A stretch of DNA of 64,000 nt, from NCBI GenBank assembly GCA_964350645.1, contig CAYGJY010000002.1, forward strand, positions 33,538 through 97,537, given 5' to 3'. The translations under genes and the position numbers were made by a program. This document shows, in pieces, positions 37,756-47,785 of this stretch. The notes beneath the pieces are model-generated. The model was not told the DNA's origin. It was given only the letters and a program-made list of their open reading frames with translations, and did no database searches. Positions within the stretch are counted from its first letter, which is position 1; the number at the start of each line of letters is the position of its first letter. This stretch comes from an uncultured Candidatus Saccharibacteria bacterium (GTDB lineage Bacteria > Patescibacteriota > Minisyncoccia > Phycocordibacterales > UBA918).

Positions 37756-38208
37756 CTATTTTTTGTCAACCATTTCTAAATACTCATCAGCACTGCGTAA
37801 GACCGCCCGACTCTTTTCATGAGTAAGGCGATCCAACGCTTCTTTCAAAGTAAACCAACCCCCTTCATGCACTTCGGTACTATCGAGTGTGTATGCATGA
37901 CTGGCCGCTGCCCCCACAAAGTACGAAACGGTTTTTTTAATAAGTACTTCTTCGTGAACAAATTCATAACTCACATCAAATGTCACAGTGTTGTTGAGTG
38001 ACTCAAGAATCAATTGGGTTTCTTCTTGCAGTTCGCGAAGAGCGGCCTGCTCTGGAGTCTCTCCCACGTCCAGGTGACCCTTGGGAAACCCCCAATACGA
38101 ATCGCCCCGCCACTGACTAAACTGATGAATCAAAAAATACTCACGAATTCCCGTCACGCGTTTAGCATACGGAATCACACCATATGATTGGTCAGTTTTT
38201 ATTTTCAT
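37756..38208 (-). CDS. NUDIX hydrolase (Ap4A hydrolase-like)
   Basis: SYGVIP, WGFPKGH...ETPEQAALRELQEET. Confidence 0.9.
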   Translation of the reverse strand: MKIKTDQSYGVIPYAKRVTGIREYFLIHQFSQWRGDSYWGFPKGHLDVGETPEQAALRELQEETQLILESLNNTVTFDVSYEFVHEEVLIKKTVSYFVGAAASHAYTLDSTEVHEGGWFTLKEALDRLTHEKSRAVLRSADEYLEMVDKK

Positions 38209-38779
38209 ACATATATAGCGACGGAAGGTTCGTGAGTTCTTCTAAAGACTTAACCCGATCCATAACTCTCGACGGATACCCACGCGTAATTGGATCTAGC
38301 CTCATTTTGACAAAATCATCAAACGAATACCGTATAACTTCAATCTCTTCACCATCATCGAGTTGTTGCGGAACAATCTGATCGAGTTCTGTCGCTAGAA
38401 AAGTATAAATAATCCGCTCGACTTTCTTGCTGTCTTGGTATGCATCAATCAACTTCCACTCTTTAAACTGGTAGCCGGTTTCTTCTCGCAATTCTCTCTT
38501 GGCGGCAGTCAGCTCATCTTCATCTGCATGGTCGTGCATACCAGCCGGGATCCCTAAAAAATAATCAGTATGCGGCTGTCGCTCTTTTGAGACTAGAATT
38601 GTATCTTCGTGAATCCCAATAATCTCTACCGTATCGGGACGCTTAAGCATTTCAAATATCTTCGTAGAACCATCAAACATTTTTTGTGGCCACTGGTACG
38701 TATCAAAAATCTGGCCAGCAAATACCCTCTCGGCCAGCTCTGGGATTACAACAGCATTTGGTGGTGTGTAGCTTCTCAT
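38192..38779 (-). CDS. NUDIX hydrolase (ADP-ribose pyrophosphatase-like)
   Basis: IPAG...AAKRELREETG, LDDGEEI. Confidence 0.88.
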   Translation of the reverse strand: MRSYTPPNAVVIPELAERVFAGQIFDTYQWPQKMFDGSTKIFEMLKRPDTVEIIGIHEDTILVSKERQPHTDYFLGIPAGMHDHADEDELTAAKRELREETGYQFKEWKLIDAYQDSKKVERIIYTFLATELDQIVPQQLDDGEEIEVIRYSFDDFVKMRLDPITRGYPSRVMDRVKSLEELTNLPSLYMYENKN

Positions 38780-38850
38780 GGATTGAGTATACATGAAAAT
38801 AAGCTTGTATTACGAGATACATTCAGGCATAATGTCGCGACCTCGTAGTT

Positions 38851-38934
38851 GCCCAGGTGGCGGAATTGGTAGACGCGCTAGCTTGAGGGGCTAGTGACCT
38901 TTGGGTCGTGCTGGTTCAACTCCAGTCTTGGGCA
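38851..38934 (+). tRNA. tRNA-Leu (GAG)
   Basis: CTAGC-TTGAGGG-GCTAG anticodon arm, long variable arm, GGTTCAACTCC. Confidence 0.95.
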
Positions 38935-38992
38935 CACAAAATACAACAAAAGCGATCCCCTCGGGGATCGCTTTGTTGTTGAGCTAAACCTC

Positions 38993-39841
38993 CTACTTAT
39001 CGGCCCACGCCTGTGGATCGCCGACAAAATCGAGGATTTCTTGATGGATATCTTGATGAGAAACAAATGTAATTGGTTCTTGATCAAAATGATCTCCATA
39101 CAGATCTTTAATTGCTCCCTTATAAAGAGACCACGATCCATTTTCAAAAACACTAATGGCTCCCCCGGCCGCTTTCACTACATAGAGCCCCGCTGCACTA
39201 TCCCATGGTGATAATGCAAAACAAAAATTTGCATCAATACGGCCAGATGACACATACGCGAACTGCAACAAAGACGATCCCAACATAGTTGATTGTCCAA
39301 ATCTGTCACTTAGGGCTTCCATCATTTTCGTACGAGCTGGTTTTACCCAAGCAGCTTTACGACTAGAAGCTCCCACACTAATGTAGGTCCGGCCCCCGAT
39401 TATATCAGCCGTTAGATTACAAAGATGTTCATTTTCATAGGCTCCATCTTCCATCAGTGACGCAAAAGTTTGCCCTGAAATCGGGTTGTGAATGATCGCC
39501 ATCGAATCTTCTGCGGTGGGACCAAGCCTCGTGGCTGTTACAGCAAAAAATGGAATCTTGCGCACAAAGTTATCTGTACCATCAATCGGATCAATAAACC
39601 AAACAAAGCCGTTGGTTCCCTCTCTGGTATCGCCTTCTTCTCCAACAATCGTATCGTCAGGAAATCGCTCAGCCACATGAGTACGGATAATAGTCTCTAT
39701 TTTCTTATCGATTTCGGTCACCACCGTACCATCTGCTTTTTGTGTACTGGGATTAATTGGTGAATCAAAGTATTCGCGGGCGTACTTTCCAGCGTCTTCA
39801 ATAAGTTTTGTAAGGTCATGAAATTCTTTGGTAATGTCCAT
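38993..39841 (-). CDS. inositol monophosphatase family protein
   Basis: VTEID, GEE, WFIDPIDGTDNF, PWDSAAG. Confidence 0.9.
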   Translation of the reverse strand: MDITKEFHDLTKLIEDAGKYAREYFDSPINPSTQKADGTVVTEIDKKIETIIRTHVAERFPDDTIVGEEGDTREGTNGFVWFIDPIDGTDNFVRKIPFFAVTATRLGPTAEDSMAIIHNPISGQTFASLMEDGAYENEHLCNLTADIIGGRTYISVGASSRKAAWVKPARTKMMEALSDRFGQSTMLGSSLLQFAYVSSGRIDANFCFALSPWDSAAGLYVVKAAGGAISVFENGSWSLYKGAIKDLYGDHFDQEPITFVSHQDIHQEILDFVGDPQAWADK

Positions 39842-39907
39842 ATAGCGCATATGGTAGCACGAAAAAAGCCGGCGCTGTGCGCCGGCTTTTTTCGTGCCCA
39901 CAGGGAC

Positions 39908-40510
39908 TTATTTCTTAGCTTCTTCAACTGGAGTTTCTTCTGTTGATGCTTCTTCTGCCTGAGGAACTTCCTCTGTCGGCGCTTCAGCAGCGCTAGCTGC
40001 TTCGGCTTTTTTCGCTTCAACTTCTGCGGCAGCTGCCTCGGCTGCTACTCGCTCCTCTTCAGCCTTAGCGGCTGCTTCCTCAGCAGCCTTAGCTTCTTCT
40101 TCAGCTCGAGCTGCTGTCTCCATACCTGATTCGGTTGAGAGATCAGACAATGACATACGTCGCATTTGTCGTTTGATCTGTCGCGCTACCTTCTCACGAA
40201 TGTAATAGAGCTTCGCACGACGAACTTTCGCTCGTTTCACAATCTCGATCTTATCGATCATTGGTGAGTAGAGTGGGTAGATCTTTTCTACACCAACACC
40301 ACTAGCTACTTTACGAACGGTAAAGGTCGCTCCTGGCTCATCACCATGCTTACGCGCTAAAACGATTCCTTCAAAAATCTGGATTCGAGTCTTTCCTTTA
40401 TCTTGGATTTTTTGGTGCACTTTAACCGTATCACCAGCTTTAATGCCGAGTGACTTTCGATCCTCCATATTGACTGGAGACACCTTGATTCCTGTTAGTA
40501 CTGTATTCAT
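39908..40510 (-). CDS. rplS: 50S ribosomal protein L19 with long Ala/Glu-rich C-terminal tail
   Basis: [37 protein letters not shown]. Confidence 0.95.
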   Translation of the reverse strand: MNTVLTGIKVSPVNMEDRKSLGIKAGDTVKVHQKIQDKGKTRIQIFEGIVLARKHGDEPGATFTVRKVASGVGVEKIYPLYSPMIDKIEIVKRAKVRRAKLYYIREKVARQIKRQMRRMSLSDLSTESGMETAARAEEEAKAAEEAAAKAEEERVAAEAAAAEVEAKKAEAASAAEAPTEEVPQAEEASTEETPVEEAKK

Positions 40511-40590
40511 ATGTTCTATTAATTCTTCAACGAAATAGTCGTCTAAAAACGTGCCGTACTCTACCACAGCCCCCAAAAGAGAGCAATAGC

Positions 40591-41358
40591 TTAGCCTTCA
40601 ATTGTTTCTCCTTCAGCCGGCCCACAGAGCTTATCTTCTGCTTCAATAAACGACTGTGGCAACGGTGCCATAAAACGCTGCTCTTCTCCGTTTGGCACGG
40701 TGATCGTGAGAGCGTATGCATGTAGTGCCATCCGCTTCAGTCCTAGATTATTTGAGGTTTCAAGTTTTTTCCCAGCGTACAGCGGATCACCGATAATCGG
40801 TCGGTCGATTGCTTTAAGATGCACCCGCAGTTGATGCGTCCGGCCAGTCTTTGGTTTTAGCTTCACGTACGAAAATGGTTCACCCTCATACTCACCTTTA
40901 CCAATCAATTCCCAATCAGTCGTTGCTTCGCGCATTACGCCCTTAGCGCCACGCTCAGCACTCCGCAAACGAAAATCTCGCGCACTGCGGCCAATGGCTC
41001 GGTCAATCGTGCCCCACTGATCACGCATGTGTCCATACACCAAGGCGCGATACTCTTTTTGGACTAGTCGATCATGAAACTGGGCTTTTAAGAAATCAAA
41101 CGCTACCTGGTTTTTGGCCATAATCATCACGCCAGATGTCCCTGCATCAAGTCGATGGACCACGCCGGAACGATCCATTTTCTCTCCGGCTGGAGTGACT
41201 TGTGGTTCACCGACACCGCGTGCCTCTGGCACACGGTGTACAAACCAATCAACCACCGTCTCTCCTTCAGTGCGCTTATCTTCGTGCACCATTAAAGCGA
41301 CTGGCTTATTGATCACCAACACATCCTCATTTTCAAAAATAATTTCTGGTTCAGTCAT
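40591..41358 (-). CDS. RluA-family pseudouridine synthase
   Basis: [34 protein letters not shown]. Confidence 0.93.
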   Translation of the reverse strand: MTEPEIIFENEDVLVINKPVALMVHEDKRTEGETVVDWFVHRVPEARGVGEPQVTPAGEKMDRSGVVHRLDAGTSGVMIMAKNQVAFDFLKAQFHDRLVQKEYRALVYGHMRDQWGTIDRAIGRSARDFRLRSAERGAKGVMREATTDWELIGKGEYEGEPFSYVKLKPKTGRTHQLRVHLKAIDRPIIGDPLYAGKKLETSNNLGLKRMALHAYALTITVPNGEEQRFMAPLPQSFIEAEDKLCGPAEGETIEG

Positions 41359-41626
41359 GGGTAATTGAAAAGTCATCATACACTCTTTTACTGGTTCGCC
41401 AATCAACCGCGACCGCTTCAACCTTAGCGCGTAGTGATCCCTCATGTAAATACTCAACAAACTCTTTCAGTACATCCGGCATTCCCTGGGCAACTACTAC
41501 AACCGTACCATCGCGAGCGTTCTTAACCCAACCAGCCACACCAAGTGCTGTAGCCGCGTCTTGTACATACACGCGATACGATACCTGCTGTACAATCCCA
41601 CTAACCACACAATAAATCTCTGTCAT
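41351..41626 (-). CDS. acyP: acylphosphatase
   Basis: VSGIVQQVSYR, GWVKN..DGTV. Confidence 0.88.
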   Translation of the reverse strand: MTEIYCVVSGIVQQVSYRVYVQDAATALGVAGWVKNARDGTVVVVAQGMPDVLKEFVEYLHEGSLRAKVEAVAVDWRTSKRVYDDFSITHD

Positions 41627-41687
41627 CGGCGCTAGTATACGCTATTGAAATATTTAGAAAACCTAGTACTATGTTGCGACCTCCTAA

Positions 41688-41760
41688 GCGCGATTAGCTC
41701 AGTTGGTAGAGCAGCGCATTTACACTGCGAAGGTCGGGAGTTCGAGCCTCTCATCGCGCA
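41688..41760 (+). tRNA. tRNA-Val (TAC)
   Basis: GCGCGAT/ATCGCGC acceptor, loop TT-TAC-AC, GTTCGAGCC. Confidence 0.93.
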
Positions 41761-41766
41761 CTACGG

Positions 41767-41949
41767 TATAGAAAAAGACCTGATTCTAAAGAATCAGGTC
41801 TTTTTCTATAGTAGTAAGCAAACTGCTTTGCTTGCGTACCGTAATGCGGGCCGGAGACATGTTTCTTCTCTTTACTAGTGAAGAAACAGTCGAGGCGGGC
41901 GAGAGTACAAACCAAACTAATCACAACGTGATTAGTTTGGTTTGTACTC
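41767..41949. repeat. two long perfect inverted repeats downstream of tRNA-Val
   Basis: 41767-41810 (21-bp arms) and 41903-41949 (22-bp arms, AAC loop). Confidence 0.8.
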
Positions 41950-42086
41950 GTAACCACCCCGAACCATAACGCATCCCTTGACAAAACTCACAATCGTTAT
42001 AATCACCCATCCCCACTTTACGGTCAACCGGAGGAGGAGTATTTTGGAATTAGGGTCAATGACGACCCAGGAAAGGAGTTAATCCA

Positions 42087-42233
42087 ATGCCTACTGGTCC
42101 AACTTGCCCAGTGACACCGAGGATGTTCGGCTTGGGTGCAGATGCACTCCGCTCGGTCTTGTCCGGAAGACTGGTCGAACTACCTCCCGACGCAAGGCGG
42201 GTGATTGCATGGCTGGCCGAACAAGCCAGCTGA
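42087..42233 (+). CDS. small orphan protein (48 aa)
   Basis: Manual: MPTGPTCPVTPRMFGLGADALRSVLSGRLVELPPDARRVIAWLAEQAS*; AAGGAG SD upstream; hairpin 42324-42355 downstream. Confidence 0.4.
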   Translation: MPTGPTCPVTPRMFGLGADALRSVLSGRLVELPPDARRVIAWLAEQAS

Positions 42234-42405
42234 CACGTGGAATCCCGGCGACTGCACCAAGCAGACGGCCGCCGGGACACCACATTTTTACAAAACGCGT
42301 AGAGCTCGTTTTTATATTTGAGCGAAAGGGGCGCGGCGGCAGCCGCGCCCCTTTCTTAATCTTCAGTTCCCCTCCCCGCCTAAGTTTGCTATTGTAGTCC
42401 AACTT

Positions 42406-42480
42406 GCCCCTGTAGTTTAATGGATAAAACAGGAGACTTCTAAGCTTTAGATGGGAGTTCGATTCTTCCCGGGGGCACCA
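42406..42480 (+). tRNA. tRNA-Arg (TCT), CCA encoded, weak anticodon stem
   Basis: GCCCCTG/CGGGGGC acceptor, loop CT-TCT-AA, GTTCGATTC. Confidence 0.88.
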
Positions 42481-42614
42481 CGTAGCGAGACCTATCGAGA
42501 GGGGTTAATGCCCCACCAATCTCGATGAGTCTAGCGAATCAACACCACCCGAAATGGTGGTGTTGATTTGTGTATTAGCTTAGGCAAAATAATCTTACTC
42601 TATCTAAAAAGATA

Positions 42615-42962
42615 CTACATCTCGCTATAGCGTGCAGGATTATTTTTTGCCAATGCGACAGGATATTTGGCTTCGTTTTTGTTCATCTTTTCCTGTAAGG
42701 CTAAGGCGAGGTCTATTTGGTAATGATTCGAAATTTTAATCAACCAATAAAAAACATCAGCTAATTCGCTTGGAAGTTGTTCGAGTCGGTCTGGCATGAT
42801 GTCGTTATCTGTACTCCATTGAAACAACTCGAGAAGTTCGTTAGCCTCGACACTCAGTGATAAGGCCATATTTTTAGGAGTATGGAACTGTTGCCAGTTA
42901 CGATCTATACCATATTGCAATATGCGTTGTTCTAGTTCATTAAATAATTGAGAATCTTTCAT
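42615..42962 (-). CDS. MazG-like nucleotide pyrophosphohydrolase (DCTPP1-like)
   Basis: RNWQQFHTPKN, EANELLELFQW, ELADV, KM.KN..KYP. Confidence 0.9.
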   Translation of the reverse strand: MKDSQLFNELEQRILQYGIDRNWQQFHTPKNMALSLSVEANELLELFQWSTDNDIMPDRLEQLPSELADVFYWLIKISNHYQIDLALALQEKMNKNEAKYPVALAKNNPARYSEM

Positions 42963-43027
42963 ATATCTATATTATACGTGAATCGATATAAAAACAGAAA
43001 GAGCGTAAACAGGTGGCTACGCCCTTC

Positions 43028-43834
43028 CTATTTACGCCCAGATTTACGTCCGAAACCGACTACAACAAGCGGGACTGTCTGGGGATCAACCTCAGTTATA
43101 ATTGCAGCCTTCATAATAGTTTCTGTAGCTGGAACACTTTCAGCTGAGGAATTGATGGCATCCTCATCCTCAAACCCGTACCGGCGATACAGTAGTTTTA
43201 AACCATCACTTGTCATGAGTCGAGACGGAACAAGATGTGGTACTCCACCAATATTGAATCGGGTATAGCTAGCCGGAATCTGGTACAACTGCTCCCTGAC
43301 GACTCGATTGAGACCATCAGATGGAAACGACGTAATCAGAACACCTCCTACCTTCAAAACTCTCCACGCCTCCTCGAAAAATCTTTCAGTGTTCATGTGG
43401 TCACACAAGGCGGCCACCACCACATCAAATTTTCCCAGTTGAGTGTTCTCGCTTATATCTTCACCAGAACCGAGAACGAAATTGCCGCACCGGGGATGAC
43501 CATGACGCCTTTGCACTTGTTCATGGACGTACTGTCTACACAATTCTAAGGCAACAGGTGAATTGTCCAAAAACGTGATGTTTCGAGGATTCATCTCGTC
43601 GAGATATGAATCCTCAAGGGTGGCCTGGCTGATCCATTCCTCGACATTACCTTCGGGCCCAGGTCCGACAACCAGATAGCTCATTTCTGAGTACCAGCGA
43701 TCTTCTCCTCTACCCCTGGCTTGCGCTAGAAATTTTCTTATTGGGGCGGATTGCACTGTACGAAACAATGTTGTTGTTTTGCCATGGAGATATCCCTCTG
43801 CCATGGCATTGTAGACGTCTACGCTTTTTGTCAT
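43028..43834 (-). CDS. class I SAM-dependent methyltransferase-like orphan
   Basis: LVVGPGPEG, FLDNSP, GKFDVVV, EAWRVLKVGG; AAGGAG SD before ATG 43834. Confidence 0.7.
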   Translation of the reverse strand: MTKSVDVYNAMAEGYLHGKTTTLFRTVQSAPIRKFLAQARGRGEDRWYSEMSYLVVGPGPEGNVEEWISQATLEDSYLDEMNPRNITFLDNSPVALELCRQYVHEQVQRRHGHPRCGNFVLGSGEDISENTQLGKFDVVVAALCDHMNTERFFEEAWRVLKVGGVLITSFPSDGLNRVVREQLYQIPASYTRFNIGGVPHLVPSRLMTSDGLKLLYRRYGFEDEDAINSSAESVPATETIMKAAIITEVDPQTVPLVVVGFGRKSGRK

Positions 43835-44040
43835 TAGGGTACTCCTTTCTAGACTAGAGAATACACTTTTTATTTGCAATAGCAATGAGAGACGAGTTAA
43901 ATTTAGTTCAAATGAGACCCTACCGAGAGGCATTATTGAATACCAGTTTGTTTCGCCCAAAGGCCCTTATGGTGCTTGATGGGTATTTTTCCGATACGCC
44001 AAGGGGGCACCAAATAATAACCTTTGCGCGAACCCATTAC

Positions 44041-44084
44041 TACACATGAAGCCATTAGCCTCAGGGCTAATGGCTTCATGTGTA
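44041..44084. terminator. 20-bp perfect inverted repeat after pil operon
   Basis: tacacatgaagccattagcc-tcag-ggctaatggcttcatgtgta. Confidence 0.65.
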
Positions 44085-44097
44085 CTTTGTTTCTCCT

Positions 44098-44550
44098 TTA
44101 ATTAAAATCTTGATCTGGTGTCAACACCGGCACATCCTCATTATTCTGTTCTTCTGTTTCATCTTCTTGGCTTGCGTCTATAGTTTCGGACTCAAATGAT
44201 CCAGCTGTACTAGTAGCTACTTGCTCAGGTACTGCAACTGGAGCTGGGGGGCGTCCAGACAATAACTTAAACTGAGCTTCCTTAACCGAGAAGATAGCGA
44301 TAGCTTTCTCAGCAGTGGCTGATGTATAAGGCACTACTGGAATCACCTCTGCTGTCACTCGATCTTGAATCGTATCGTAATACAAAAAATCACGGACACT
44401 CAACACCCCGGCAACACAAACAATCACCACTAATAATCCGATCCCAATCAGCCACTCTCGATGCGGGTAAATGGTTTGTGGCTCACTAATACCTTTAGTC
44501 CGGCGAAATACCGAACGAGACATTTTTAAAATATCGTTTTTACTAATCAT
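44098..44550 (-). CDS. single-TM protein of the pilMNO-like operon
   Basis: P.REW motif then TM; overlaps preceding gene. Confidence 0.6.
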   Translation of the reverse strand: MISKNDILKMSRSVFRRTKGISEPQTIYPHREWLIGIGLLVVIVCVAGVLSVRDFLYYDTIQDRVTAEVIPVVPYTSATAEKAIAIFSVKEAQFKLLSGRPPAPVAVPEQVATSTAGSFESETIDASQEDETEEQNNEDVPVLTPDQDFN

Positions 44551-45082
44551 AATCTTCAATCGTTAACTGTAAGGCAATATCGGCAGAAATACTCCCCGGG
44601 CTTGCACCACTCGCCTTACGATCAATACTAACCTTAGTGATCGAGCCATGATATGGCAAGGTCTCAAAAATGCGCAGCATATTCATAAGAGCTCCCTCAG
44701 TTCCTTCAAGGGTATAGCTCAGATTAAGTGTATTAAATGCACCTCTGGTTTCATCGACACTGAGCTGATTGGTTTCTAAGATTACATTTTGTTGTTTTGC
44801 GATGGCGTCAATTTCTGTCAGCAACGTAATCGTATCCGCATCATCAGCCAATATGTACGTTTCAAGTTTTTCTCGCTCACTTTCTGTCTCAGACACCATC
44901 GACTGCAACTGACGAAACTGTGATGAAAACTCTTCCTGACTACTAATCGTCTCTGCTTGTTTCTCAAGTGCAATTCCTTCAGATACTACTAGTGTATCCA
45001 TCCAAACATACAGGCCAATCATGCTCCCCATAAAAACAAGGGCGATAACGAGACTCTGAAATTTTTTAATGTTACTAGTCAT
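44543..45082 (-). CDS. PilO-like pilus assembly protein
   Basis: TM, coiled coil, G...L..L...ETLPY; position after pilM and pilN. Confidence 0.65.
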   Translation of the reverse strand: MTSNIKKFQSLVIALVFMGSMIGLYVWMDTLVVSEGIALEKQAETISSQEEFSSQFRQLQSMVSETESEREKLETYILADDADTITLLTEIDAIAKQQNVILETNQLSVDETRGAFNTLNLSYTLEGTEGALMNMLRIFETLPYHGSITKVSIDRKASGASPGSISADIALQLTIEDYD

Positions 45083-45084
45083 AG

Positions 45085-45618
45085 TTATTGTGTTGGCACG
45101 ATAGCAATATTAAATGAAATATCGCGATCTTTAGCTAAATTAGAAATTGGTACTTCAGCTTCAGCAAACAGAGGGTGGATCTCAAGATCGTCACTAAACT
45201 TCGCTAAGGCCGCTCTAGTTGTCGCCACACCGGTAATATTGATTTTAGTAATTATGGCTGCTTCAAGCACTACCTCAAAACTTTCGACCGTGATCTGCGT
45301 ACCGGCAATTTCATCAAGTACATTAACTACCTCTGAAGCCAACGTCGTTGTGCCAGTCTCAGCTAACAAAGCTGCTACCGTGTTTGCTGCTTGCAGTGTT
45401 TCCTGGGCTTCATTAAATGCCTTCTCTTGCTCTTGCGCGTTAGCAAGCTCACCTGAAAAAGCCGCAAGCTGAGACTTCACCAATACAAACGTTGGAGCAT
45501 GCAGGACGTTTGCAATAATACAAGCCACTCCAATAATCACCGCCCACACTGTAGCTACTCTGATCCAATACTGGATAAGCAATTCTCGCTTTGCACTTGG
45601 TGGAATAAGATTTGCCAT
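45085..45618 (-). CDS. PilN-like pilus assembly protein
   Basis: MANLIPP start, TM, ITGVA.TR..L..F. Confidence 0.75.
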   Translation of the reverse strand: MANLIPPSAKRELLIQYWIRVATVWAVIIGVACIIANVLHAPTFVLVKSQLAAFSGELANAQEQEKAFNEAQETLQAANTVAALLAETGTTTLASEVVNVLDEIAGTQITVESFEVVLEAAIITKINITGVATTRAALAKFSDDLEIHPLFAEAEVPISNLAKDRDISFNIAIVPTQ

Positions 45619-45620
45619 AA

Positions 45621-46715
45621 TTATGTAAGATTAGTGAGAGCTAAGCCAACCGCAGTCGCGTAGCCATAGGAATGGCGTCGATCAATCGGTGGTACAAATT
45701 TTGAAATATCAAACGCGTTTGCCCAGACTTGTGCTCGCTTAGCTTCAAGACCAAGTGTGTCCGTAAAGTACCCCGGCAATCCTTTTAAGTTAACACTCCC
45801 CCCACAAAGAATCAGCTTCTCGATTTGTCGCTCATCACGTTCAACATCTCGTGAATTCCAATACTGAATCCGCGTAGCGATTTCATCTTTAATTGCTGAC
45901 ATAGTAGTGATAAGAGCATCATAGGCAGCTGAATCAGTAACACCACGAACAAGACCTTGTTCATTTTTTATTCTGGTATATTCAGCTTCTGGTAGTTCAC
46001 CAAGTTGATGGCGAAGTGCCGTTGATAATTCTTTACCACCGATATCGATCGTCGAAGTATACATAAGAGCTCCGCGGTGTACGATTCCTACCCCCGTGCG
46101 GGTTTTACCAAAATCTACGATCATATGTGTACCCAGATCACCTTTTGGTAACGTAGTTCGAGCAATTGCTTGCGCCTCAACCTCAAACGCAATCGGAGTC
46201 ACCCCTGCTGCTAAACACGCTTCGTAGTAGCCCATAACCGTGTCACGAGCATAAGCAGTTACTAACACCCGATGGACTCCAGCACGAAGATCGTCTTCGA
46301 TAATGTCGTAATCAAAAAAAGCATCGCGAGGTGACAATGGGACATTTTCTTCAAGACGAAACTCCAACAAGCCCCGAATTTCTTTATACGGAGTACCTTG
46401 CTTAATTTCGGTTTCAAATAAATATGCCCGCTCTTCTGGCAGTGACACCCGCACATACTGAGTTCCGGTAGCGTCGCGCGCAGTTTTAATTGCGGCCGCT
46501 AATTTTGCAACATCACTAATGCTGCCTCGCTTCAGTACACCTTCTTCAATATCAACACTACCCCAGTGTTTGAGAAACACATTCATACCACTGCGGTGAT
46601 CACGCTGAAAACCAACATACTTCAATGAGGTATCTGAGATATCTACCCCCAAGCTAGGCATGGTGAGATACTGTGGCGGCGGAATGATATTTCCAAGAGT
46701 GGTAAGAACTGACAT
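45621..46715 (-). CDS. pilM: type IV pilus assembly protein PilM
   Basis: actin-like: GVDISDTSLK, IVDFGKTRT, ILCGGS.NLKG, YATAVGLAL. Confidence 0.9.
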   Translation of the reverse strand: MSVLTTLGNIIPPPQYLTMPSLGVDISDTSLKYVGFQRDHRSGMNVFLKHWGSVDIEEGVLKRGSISDVAKLAAAIKTARDATGTQYVRVSLPEERAYLFETEIKQGTPYKEIRGLLEFRLEENVPLSPRDAFFDYDIIEDDLRAGVHRVLVTAYARDTVMGYYEACLAAGVTPIAFEVEAQAIARTTLPKGDLGTHMIVDFGKTRTGVGIVHRGALMYTSTIDIGGKELSTALRHQLGELPEAEYTRIKNEQGLVRGVTDSAAYDALITTMSAIKDEIATRIQYWNSRDVERDERQIEKLILCGGSVNLKGLPGYFTDTLGLEAKRAQVWANAFDISKFVPPIDRRHSYGYATAVGLALTNLT

Positions 46716-46765
46716 GAGTTTATTATACGATGCTTCGCCTACTTAAAGACGGACAACTCACATGT

Positions 46766-47374
46766 TTACAGTAATTTGTATAAAATGTAAGCGACCAAAA
46801 GAACTCCAATAATAGCAGCAAATAGAAAGAGGTTACGTTGCATAATTGGTAGCGCTTTTGGTCCGACTGCATAGGCAGCAAAACCTACCAATCCCAAGCG
46901 TAGTGTTCGTCCAAAAATAGAAGCAATCAGAAAGGTAAATATATTTATATGTAAAAAACCGCTCGCGAGCGCTACCAACTTGTACGGGATCGGGGTAAAG
47001 GCACCAATCAACACGAACACAAAACCATTAGTGTCAACACTAGTCGCTACAGCAGTAAACTTTGCCGTCAGGCCAAAAAAATCTAGGAGCTTAACCCCAA
47101 TAGTCTCGAAAAATACTGCCCCCAACACATACCCTGCTAAGCCACCAAGAACAGAGGCCACAATTGATATTAAAACGTACTTTTTCCATAGTGTTCGTTT
47201 TGCTAATATCAAAGCCACTAAAAACGGATCAATCAGGATAGGAGCAAACATCGACTCGGCAAATGAAATAAGTGCGAGTACCCAGGTTGAATGCCTAGAA
47301 CACAACCACGACGTACACTTTTTTGTGACGGTATCAATTTTTGTTTCTGATTGTGCGGCGGTGTTTTCTAACAT
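46766..47374 (-). CDS. YqaA/DedA (VTT) family membrane protein
   Basis: SFAES.F.P, SVLGG..GY, FTPIPYK, GR.LR. Confidence 0.88.
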   Translation of the reverse strand: MLENTAAQSETKIDTVTKKCTSWLCSRHSTWVLALISFAESMFAPILIDPFLVALILAKRTLWKKYVLISIVASVLGGLAGYVLGAVFFETIGVKLLDFFGLTAKFTAVATSVDTNGFVFVLIGAFTPIPYKLVALASGFLHINIFTFLIASIFGRTLRLGLVGFAAYAVGPKALPIMQRNLFLFAAIIGVLLVAYILYKLL

Positions 47375-47378
47375 CGCT

Positions 47379-47783
47379 CTAGTTTACCTTAGTCCCCGCT
47401 GGAAGTTCTTGATGCGGTACTAATAACCCGAAGACATTTTCATGACTAGCAGCCAATATCATTCCCTGGCTTTCAAGGCCACGGATGACACGTGACTCAA
47501 GATTGACAAGGAAGGGGCACTGCTTACCAACCAATTCCTGCGGGTCAGCAAAATATCCTCGAATACCAGAAACAATTTGACGCGGCGTCGCTTCTCCAAC
47601 GTCAACAGTCAACCGCAGTAACTTATCAGCGTTCTCAACCACATCAACAGTTTTAATTACACCAATTTTAATTTCAAGTTTGGCAAAATCTTGGTAAGTG
47701 ATTTGCGGCGGAAGCGAAGCTTCCGCCGCCTCAGCTACCACCTCTACCTTTTCTTCCCCGCTGTCTTTAATGTCATCATTCAT
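47379..47783 (-). CDS. stand-alone tRNA-binding domain protein (MetRS C-terminal/Trbp111-like)
   Basis: ITYQDFAKLEI, ADKLL, RQIVSGI, NLE.R..RG.ESQGMIL. Confidence 0.88.
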   Translation of the reverse strand: MNDDIKDSGEEKVEVVAEAAEASLPPQITYQDFAKLEIKIGVIKTVDVVENADKLLRLTVDVGEATPRQIVSGIRGYFADPQELVGKQCPFLVNLESRVIRGLESQGMILAASHENVFGLLVPHQELPAGTKVN

Positions 47784-47785
47784 AC

